Both the position numbers and the translations under genes were made by a program. Shown one piece after another: positions 29,631 to 37,800 of a stretch of 64,000 bases of DNA. This DNA comes from a virus: positions 32,001 to 96,000 of the IMG/VR virus record IMGVR_UViG_3300035659_000003; one strand, written 5' to 3'. Position 1 is the stretch's first letter. Every line of letters begins with the position of its first letter. The notes beneath the pieces were generated by a model. It was given only the letters and a program-made list of their open reading frames with translations, did no database searches and had not been told where the DNA came from.

Positions 29631-29864
29631 CTAGCTAAGCAGGGCCTCGACTAGCCCCTGCCGAAACGCCGCAATGATATCTGTGTTGCTCAGGCCCGCC
29701 GCGCGGAGTGCCTTGATCTTAGTCGCCGTCGCCATCTGGGTAGGCGTCCACAGACACGTAGCCTTCGAAGTCAGACTGAGAACCTCGGCGATGCGGGGCG
29801 CGGTGACGCTCAGCTCCTGCTGAAACTTCCGCACTGCTTCGTCGATCTCGTCTTGCGTAAGCAT
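29631..29864 (-). CDS. hypothetical protein
   Basis: First gene behind promoter repeat copy 3. Confidence 0.55.
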   Translation of the reverse strand: MLTQDEIDEAVRKFQQELSVTAPRIAEVLSLTSKATCLWTPTQMATATKIKALRAAGLSNTDIIAAFRQGLVEALLS

Positions 29865-29873
29865 CCCCGATCA

Positions 29874-29916
29874 CCACCTTTCACTGATAGAGACGGTCGG
29901 CTGGGGGGAGTGTTAC
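29874..29916 (-). promoter_or_regulatory. repeated ECF-sigma-like promoter plus leader, copy 3
   Basis: GTAAC-N16-CGTCTCTATCAGTGAAAGGTGG at the head of the accessory block. Confidence 0.65.
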
Positions 29917-29919
29917 GGG

Positions 29920-32900
29920 TTATTCTGGGGATTTTTTAGGGTTCTTCCGACGAACAGGCCGGAATGTGGGCCGTGCCTTCCGATAGATCAGGAAGCAGCG
30001 GCAGTTAGACCGGCAGATCGTGCTGCCGTCTCGGGGTAGGCGGGGCATCCGGTTGGCGGGCCAGGGGCTCTGCGTGGCCATCTCCAGGCACGTAGCACAG
30101 TGCTCAGCGCCAAGGGTCAGCTTCCAGTGGGCCTTCATCTGCGGCAGGTTCTCCGAGACGGTCTGATGATACAGTCCGGCGGAGCCGTCCGCGTAGAGCT
30201 TGGCGCGCCAGATGGCCTGCTTCTCGGTCTTGACCTTGCCCGCCGCCAGATCGTCGCGGAAGCCGTCGAGGTAGTGGTGCTGATGTCTCAACTCGGCCAT
30301 GAGATTATCCCGTGCCCGCTGCCGTGCGTCCGGCGTTTCCTTGAGCCGCAGCGTCGAGGCGTAGGCCGACTTGCCATAGAGGTCATCAACCGCCGCGCGC
30401 ATCTGTGCGTGCCAGGTATCCACGTCGCCTTCGCCGCGCCACAGGGCACACGTTGCGGTCTCCATTGCCTTCTTCGTGCGCCCGATCTCCATGTTGACGC
30501 GCTCAAGCGGGGAGGGCCACCGGCGCTTGCCTCGCTTGTCCAGCTTAAAGTACACGCGGGAGGGCAGATCGGAGTCCACGGCGGTGCGGGCCTTGTTGAT
30601 GCCCATCGCTGCTAGGCGCATCAGCATCTCTGCATGCGCGATTTCCGCCAGGGTAATAGGCGCATTCCGGCTGTCCTGCACGTCCTGAGAACCAGCAACA
30701 CCCTGGTTCGTGGTGACGATCCCCGTCGTGACTTCCGGTGCGTTGCCGGTGTGGGCACGAGAATCCATCGGCTCGGTTGGCGCGCCCTTCTCAACCTCCC
30801 CACCTACGAATATCTGGATGTGCCGCCCGTCCGAGGTGGTCACGAACTTGCGGGGGGCGATCCCCAGCTCCTCACCGAAGTCCTTGTTCAGGGTATCCGC
30901 CTCGTCCTCGACGGGGTTCCACTCAAGCAGCTCCGCGATAGCGTCGTAAAGCCCCGAGAAGCGCCGCTTAAACTTAGTAGGGCTTATCGTCATGTATGCC
31001 ACGCACTCGGCGAACATCTCCGCCGAACTGTCGCGCCCGTAGTGACTCGGGAGACCGCGTGCCGTCTCCTGCGCCGCGTGGAAGGCATCGAGCCAGGTGT
31101 CAGAATTAGAGAAGCGACGCTCCGTGCCATCGTCCATGACATGAGCATACTCGTGGGCGATCACCGCCCGCATGGTGTCATAGGGGCCAGAGGGAAGCTC
31201 TCCCCCCATCGCGCTCCCCCACGACTGGGCGTCGAGGGTCAGGACACTGACCTCCGCCTCATCATATCCGACGTAGGTCATGCCCGCCGCCTTGCCCACG
31301 TCGTCTGGAGACAGCTCGCCCGCTTCTGCCAGATCTTCCATAGCACGTCTCATATCGTCGCGGGAGTAGGTGTGCCAGACCGCATTAGGTACGCCGTGCG
31401 GTGCGGGCATCAGCACCAGCACCTCAGCGACGATGGGCTGATCCTGAACGTAGACATCAGCGAAGTCATGCTGCTCGGCGATCTTGAGCGCGGTGAATAG
31501 CTCGTGGATTTTCTTCGGTATTGCCTCCCCGCCATGCCGGTTGATGTCGCGGATATGGCGAATCAGGGCGCTCCGTCGGACGTGGGCACCTCCGTGCTTG
31601 CCATGCTTCTTCTGATCATGCTTGCCTGGAAGGTGCTTCTCGACCCCACTCGCAGGCTGCAACGCGAACACATCATGCGTCTGCTTTGTCCAGTCGGCAT
31701 TATGCATGTCCTCGTCCAGCCACACGGCCTCTTGTGCGGCGAGTTCGATATTGTGATGCCGCATATCCTGCTCGAAGCGCTCCTCCCACGCCGGTAGTTC
31801 CTGCCCTCCAGCACGCCGAGCAACGACATCAATTTCCCCGCCGATGACTAGCATCTCATACTCTTCGGCGCAGCCAGGCCCTGTGCGGAACGTCGAAAAG
31901 ATCTTATCACGAGGCACGCGGGCGGCAACCAGCATCTGCTCTTCCTCATGGTGTATAGCAAAGCGCGTTGCAACCGAGTACTCGCTGGCGAAGGACGACA
32001 GGGGGTTGAGCTTAGCACGGGTGCGCGTCGGCTCATCCGCTGGTAGTGCAGATACCCAGTCCGGAATTTTCGCTGCCTCGTCCCATCCCATACCCCGCAC
32101 CAGCACGACCTCATCCATCTCCAGCTCTTTGAGAAGGGCCTGCGTGTCCTCATATACAGAGTCCACCCATGCCCGCAGAACCGGCCCGTGCTTGGAGACG
32201 ATACGGTCAATCTCGTCGGAACCATGTTCGACGTAGGCGACCGTAGTGTCCTCCACGCCGAACGCCTCTGATGCAACCCGCTGCAGTGCAACGCTCGGTG
32301 CCCGATGATCAGAACTAGATATGGCCCACGTCTTGGTCAAGTAGTAAGCGACCTTTTCCGACGAGGACAGCTCTACCCCCTTCGCCGGATCGTAGACATC
32401 GCGAAAGTGAGGAGCGAGAGTTCGTGCCGCTGCCCAGAAGGGAGCAGCCTTAGCCATCTTGTCTTCGGCGTCTGCCCACCCTTCGGCGAGAGCCATCGTC
32501 AATGTCTGCCGAACACCCGTCAGCTCATCCCGATTGCCTCCCCGAAACCGATAGTTATCCCCTTCCCGAGAAATCCTTACAGGCGAGCCGACTTTCTCAT
32601 AGTAGTCATTCAAGAAGCGAGCCGCTTCATAGGAGAGCTTGTCAAGATTCTCCGACTCCTGCTCAGGCGTTACGCCGAGCTTCCGCTCCATCCCCTTCGC
32701 CGTCCGCTCCATGATTTCCTGCTTCAGATCAGCGCGGGCGTCATCGTCCCTAACATCGATGCTATTGCCCGCCGTCAGGATACCTACCTGCTCTTCCAGC
32801 TTCGCACTGAAGCTCCTATCCTTTGCCCGCTGGCTGAGCACGCCGTCCACCGAGAATAATGCGTCCCTGATACGCACAGCAGCATTGAAGTTCTCGTAGC

Positions 32901-34884
32901 CACCCTCCTTCTTCGCCCTGCGTATCATCGCTGCAAGCGCCGTGTGAAGGCGATCACGAATGGTCTCGAGCAAGCCGTCGCCGAGGTTGGAAAATTCTGG
33001 AATGTCGCCACGAGTGACTCTCTCCAGAATCTCCCGATAAAGGTCACGTGCTTCCGAGGGGTCGAGCCAGTCCACCGCCCCCACGCGCCCCGCTGCTGCG
33101 TGGCCACGCGCACGCCCGTGCTTCTTCTGATCATGCTTGCCTGGAAGGTGCTTCTCGATCTTCTTGCTCTCCGGAATGGAGCCGGAGCCAGTCGCGCGCC
33201 CAACGTGCGGGGTCTCCGCGCCGCCCTCGGAACCCTCGTAGCCAGTCTCCTGCCCTTCTTCGGAGGTGCCCTCTTCCGGCGTGATAGGCTTGATTGCCTC
33301 GCTAGGGGTTACGTCCCCCTCAGCCAGCCGAATAACGTCCCCGCCACGGCTCATCACAACGACCTCGTGCTGGCCCATGCCCTCCAACTCAGGCAGGGCA
33401 TCCGAGAGCAGGAACACCTGATCGACGGGCAGCTTCCTGGAGACGACCGATCCGTCGCCGTATCCCTCCGCTCCTGCCCAGTCCTCGGCCACCTTCATAC
33501 TCAGCGTCCACGATTCCAGCGGACGAGGGCGATACTCCTTGCCCGCCACCAAGTCCTCGTGCATCTTCCCCGAAACACCCCTGTGCAGCTTCACTGACTT
33601 CAGCCCTGTCTGTTGCAGTGCCTTCGAGGAGGCAAGGCGTAGAGCCTTCAACACCACGGGGTTCAGTGCATGGTCGACCTTGGGGTTCGCGCCCGCGATG
33701 CCGTCGATGTAGCTATCGGCGTCGTCCGACGGAGCGTCAGGCTTTCGGGATGCCAGGTGCTCCTTGGCGGCCCTGCGCCCCAGCAAGCGGTCAACCAGGA
33801 GCGTCCCGCCATCCTTGTCCCATTCCCAGAACCACACGAGGGCAGCAGCCTCGGCCTGCTCCTGTGAGACGCCCCAGTCCTTCAGAACACGATTGAACGT
33901 CCCTCGGATGCCGTGCACCCCCCAGTCTTTCTCCCGCCCTGCTTCAGGGTCGGCCTCATAGTAATGCCCGCCACGTGGCCCCTCTTCGACGTGCTCTCCG
34001 CCTGGCGGCTCCTCGCCCTCGCCAATGTAGATGCGCCCTTTCCTGGCTTGCGCCACGTAAGAAGGGATGCCTACGCGTACGCCGACGTTCTTGGGGTGGA
34101 TGTCCTGATCCAGATCGTCTAGCTCACTCCACTCCTCGCCGTGCGCTTTCTGAATCGGCCCTTCGCTGGTCTCAACGGCCTCAATCGCCAGGATCGCGTC
34201 AGTATTGTAAACGTAATAACTGCCGAGGCTCGCCCCGTCAAATCCAGCAGCGACAGTATTGCGCGTATAGGACTGTGCATCCCGCACTCCCGCCAAATCA
34301 AAGGCACTATCATACTGAGTCAGGAATCGCCCTCTGACCTTGGCCTGCAAGATCACCATGTCTGGCCGCATCTTCCCCGTCATGGGTGCGGTGAACCACA
34401 TGCGAGCCTTTCTCGCTGACGGCGCGAACGAGATGGCGTAGTCGTTCCGGTACCGAGGGCGGATATGCTGCAGGTGGAACCCCTCCCTCAATATCGCTTC
34501 GGCGCTCGCCCGCGTCGTCCCGTGATAGAGCGTCTTCGTCTCTAGTGGCACGGGCGCGCCCCGTCGTTCAGGCACGGGCCGCTTTGGGCTAGGCTTGTCA
34601 GGCCGTGTCCACTTGCGCGCTAGGCCTTCAGACGCCGATTCTGTGGCCCTGTGGGGCGAATCCTGGCCAGTCTGTGGCGAAGGGCGACCCTTCCCGCCTA
34701 CGTCGTAATAGCGCCCGCCACGAGGCCCCTCCTCGATATTGACGCCCTTCGGGGGTTGCTCGCCAGGCTGCAGGTAAACGCGACCCTTCGCTACCTCGCG
34801 AATGACCTCCAGATTGGGATCGGGAGCGACTACGAAATCTGTGTTCCCCTGTCGGATTCTTACTCCTTCGCGCCGTCTAGCCAT
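29920..34884 (-). CDS. MuF (head morphogenesis) domain polyprotein with three ADP-ribosyltransferase-like domains and a zincin metallopeptidase
   Basis: C-terminal WKLTLGAEHCATC...LPRDGSTICRSNCRC (MuF); TLYHGT (ART, His-type); LHRG..ESWT..QHEVVV and LVRG..LSSFA..EYEMLV (ART, R-S-E type); AHEYAH..SHYG..EMFAE (zincin). Confidence 0.8.
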   Translation of the reverse strand: MARRREGVRIRQGNTDFVVAPDPNLEVIREVAKGRVYLQPGEQPPKGVNIEEGPRGGRYYDVGGKGRPSPQTGQDSPHRATESASEGLARKWTRPDKPSPKRPVPERRGAPVPLETKTLYHGTTRASAEAILREGFHLQHIRPRYRNDYAISFAPSARKARMWFTAPMTGKMRPDMVILQAKVRGRFLTQYDSAFDLAGVRDAQSYTRNTVAAGFDGASLGSYYVYNTDAILAIEAVETSEGPIQKAHGEEWSELDDLDQDIHPKNVGVRVGIPSYVAQARKGRIYIGEGEEPPGGEHVEEGPRGGHYYEADPEAGREKDWGVHGIRGTFNRVLKDWGVSQEQAEAAALVWFWEWDKDGGTLLVDRLLGRRAAKEHLASRKPDAPSDDADSYIDGIAGANPKVDHALNPVVLKALRLASSKALQQTGLKSVKLHRGVSGKMHEDLVAGKEYRPRPLESWTLSMKVAEDWAGAEGYGDGSVVSRKLPVDQVFLLSDALPELEGMGQHEVVVMSRGGDVIRLAEGDVTPSEAIKPITPEEGTSEEGQETGYEGSEGGAETPHVGRATGSGSIPESKKIEKHLPGKHDQKKHGRARGHAAAGRVGAVDWLDPSEARDLYREILERVTRGDIPEFSNLGDGLLETIRDRLHTALAAMIRRAKKEGGYENFNAAVRIRDALFSVDGVLSQRAKDRSFSAKLEEQVGILTAGNSIDVRDDDARADLKQEIMERTAKGMERKLGVTPEQESENLDKLSYEAARFLNDYYEKVGSPVRISREGDNYRFRGGNRDELTGVRQTLTMALAEGWADAEDKMAKAAPFWAAARTLAPHFRDVYDPAKGVELSSSEKVAYYLTKTWAISSSDHRAPSVALQRVASEAFGVEDTTVAYVEHGSDEIDRIVSKHGPVLRAWVDSVYEDTQALLKELEMDEVVLVRGMGWDEAAKIPDWVSALPADEPTRTRAKLNPLSSFASEYSVATRFAIHHEEEQMLVAARVPRDKIFSTFRTGPGCAEEYEMLVIGGEIDVVARRAGGQELPAWEERFEQDMRHHNIELAAQEAVWLDEDMHNADWTKQTHDVFALQPASGVEKHLPGKHDQKKHGKHGGAHVRRSALIRHIRDINRHGGEAIPKKIHELFTALKIAEQHDFADVYVQDQPIVAEVLVLMPAPHGVPNAVWHTYSRDDMRRAMEDLAEAGELSPDDVGKAAGMTYVGYDEAEVSVLTLDAQSWGSAMGGELPSGPYDTMRAVIAHEYAHVMDDGTERRFSNSDTWLDAFHAAQETARGLPSHYGRDSSAEMFAECVAYMTISPTKFKRRFSGLYDAIAELLEWNPVEDEADTLNKDFGEELGIAPRKFVTTSDGRHIQIFVGGEVEKGAPTEPMDSRAHTGNAPEVTTGIVTTNQGVAGSQDVQDSRNAPITLAEIAHAEMLMRLAAMGINKARTAVDSDLPSRVYFKLDKRGKRRWPSPLERVNMEIGRTKKAMETATCALWRGEGDVDTWHAQMRAAVDDLYGKSAYASTLRLKETPDARQRARDNLMAELRHQHHYLDGFRDDLAAGKVKTEKQAIWRAKLYADGSAGLYHQTVSENLPQMKAHWKLTLGAEHCATCLEMATQSPWPANRMPRLPRDGSTICRSNCRCFLIYRKARPTFRPVRRKNPKKSPE
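31604..33158. repeat. identical 40-bp direct repeat (31604-31643 and 33119-33158) encoding EKHLPGKHDQKKH
   Basis: tgcttcttctgatcatgcttgcctggaaggtgcttctcga present twice, 1515 bp (505 codons) apart. Confidence 0.9.
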
Positions 34885-37800
34885 TAGTTGCGCTTCCTGG
34901 CGCGTCCCCTGCCAGTCGAGTCTCGAATCGTGAATATCCGATCAGCCCGCGCCGCCGCAGTAGACCTAGTAGCTGTTGATCTAGGCAGTTGCTCCAACCG
35001 CTGATCCTTCAGGAAGAACAAGGCACCGGCTGAAATCCTGGCCTGCCCCGCATCGTCTAGCTTCTGCCATTTCCTGGTAACTGCGCCCACCTTCCCAGGT
35101 GAGTCCGCTGCGCTGTAGTCGCGCCATACGGCAGGCATGTCGGGGTTGCGGTCTACTGTGAAGCGGTCATGCGCCGGAACGTCCCCGCCGCCCCGCGTCG
35201 GGTCGTGAGAGTGCGCGGGATTCTCTTCGGTGTCGTGCTTGGCCAGCAACCTGACCTCGCCGCGTGGGGCCTCTTCGAGTCTGCTCTTGTAGTCTGACAA
35301 TGCCTCTAGCCACGCATCCAGCAAGGATTCTGCCGTCCAGTGGGGATCGGGAACCCTCTCGCCCTGCTCCTCCCCCGCGATGCGCAGGCGCACCTGGGGA
35401 ATGGGTAGACCGGACTGATGAAGCGCCACCAGGAACAGCCCGAACTCCTTGGCGCTGGTGCCGAACCAGCTAGGCGCGTCCTCTAGCATCTTGTCGTACG
35501 CCTCGTTCGGCTGGGCTCCGCGCTTGACGTAGCGCTCGTAGATGGCAACCTGCTGCTGCACCTCATCCGTCTCCCACGGCGCGGTCTTGTCAGTGGCCTT
35601 TTTCAGCCCGAATCGCCATACCTTATTCACTTCTGCCAGATACTCCATGACAGCGTATGCCACCCGCATCGCGGGATCATGATCGTCATATATCCCGAAC
35701 ATGATGGGAAGGAACATCTCGGCCTGGTGACCAAACGATATCATCGTATCGATAGCGATTGCCTGCGAGCGGCGATCCGCGTAGCGATATCGCCTCAAGT
35801 CCTGGCGCACAATCTCGTCGAACTCTTCGGCCCAAAAATCGGCCTTGCTTTCGGCGGCAGGGTCGTCTGTCCCCACCGCCCATTCTCGCAAGCGGCGAGG
35901 AGCAGCTTCGGCAACGCGCTCTGCGACGCCGAACAACCGATCAACATCGACGTCGCTCGCCTGTCCTCTAGCCAAACGAGCATATTGCTCCAGAAAATCG
36001 GACATCGCTTCGAGTTGCTTGGGGTATTTCGTATTCCTGACCGCGTCCGCCAACTCTGGCACAGCGTCCACTAGCCTGTGCTGCGTCGGATCGTGCGAGT
36101 GCCCTGGGTTCTCCTCAGTCTCGTGCTTGCTGACCTTGCCGCCCTTGACGGGGTGCACCCAGATGATGTCGTCCTTGTTGTCCTTCTCCCACTTCGTGAA
36201 GCAAGCGTCACAGAACCACGCGATAGCCATGCCCTCGGCCCACTTCACTTCCTTCGTCGGCGGCTTATCGCAGTCCATGCACTTATCGCGCCTGGGGCGC
36301 GCCTTACTGGTCACGCCGATATCCTGCGTAACGGCACCGGACGTAGGCGTCGAATCTCCGATCCCGCCCGCCTTAACCTGCAGCGAGTCGGCCTGTTGAA
36401 CGTCCTCCAGCATCTGGATGGCCTGCTCCTCGCCAATGGCCTCCGCCACAGCCTCTACCTTTTCCTTAAGCTCCTCGGCGGAATCCGTGTCCCCGTCCGG
36501 CAGGGTCGGCCAGCGGTCATCCGCCAGCAGGCGCAGGTCTGCGTCTCCGAGTTCTCCTAGCCCCTCCATAATACGCGCGACCAGCTTGACCCGCTCCGGC
36601 ACCTCGCCCTTGGCCAGCAGCGCCGCGTCGTCCGCCGGAACCTTACGGGTTGCCAGGCCCAGGGACTCGACCTTCTTGCGGAAGGCGTCTAGCGCGTCGG
36701 TGATGGCGTCCGAGAGGTCAATCCGCTCCTTGCGCGTTAGGTGCCCCAGCGCCCGCAGGCGATCCATTGCGTCCGTGTAGGACTGATGTATCTTGCTCTC
36801 CGCGATGTCAATCAGCGTCGTCTCGGCCTTGTCGACCTTCCCGCCACAGGTTAGGCAAGACGTCCGGCGGGCGTCGGCGGACTTGGAGAGCACCACCAGT
36901 TTCGCATCTTGGTTTACGCCCAATTCGCAAATGGTTATTTCGTAAAATACTATGCGTGAGATCAGCCAGAAGCACTTCCCGTCCTGGCACGTGTAGTGAC
37001 GGCTCTCCAGCGGGGCATCGCCGGAGATGGAGAACGAGGCCAGCTTGCCATCCTCGATGTCCTTGATTACCTGGTCGACGATCGGCGGGCGGTTCGGGTC
37101 GGTGCGTATCTTGATCACGCAGAACAGCCCGATGTCGTCCACCGTGGTCTTGAAGACCTGCCCAGTCTTGGGGTGCGTCCACTGTGGCAGCACCTCGCCC
37201 ACCTGGACGTTGCTGTGGAGCAGCATCGCGTTCCGGTATTTCGGCTCGGCCAGGAAGCGCACCAGGTCTTCCCGCATCGCCTCCTTGGTGATCAGGTGGT
37301 GCTCCTTGTCGATCACCTGTGGCGAAGCGTACCCGCCGACGACGTACTCCTTCTCCTCGTCGTCCTCGGCCTTGTAGAGCGTGTGCACCGCGCCATAGGC
37401 CATCCGCGTGCCCTGTGGGACGGCCTTGGTCAGCACCTCGGGGGTGTAAGGTTCACCGTCCGGCGAAAGGGCCGCTTGTAGTGAACACGTGCCGCCCTTG
37501 CAGGCCGCGTTGTATTCCTGGTACTCCGTCCCCTCGCCCGTCTCCGGTGCTACGATTGAGGTGTCCTGCGCCGATGCGGAGTGAGTGTCACCCTGCTTAG
37601 CGGTATAATCTGTGTGCAGTTTGTCGCCGCTGTGTGGACTTTCTGCACGCGTAATGTACCGCGCAGCCTCGAAGCCCTTCTGAAACGCCTCGCCGTGCCA
37701 TCTCTGCTCGTGCTTCTCGATCTTGTCGGACGGGTCGGTGATTAGGACGCCGATTACCTTCACGACATGCCCGTAGGCACGCATGTGGGCGGGCGCGGTG

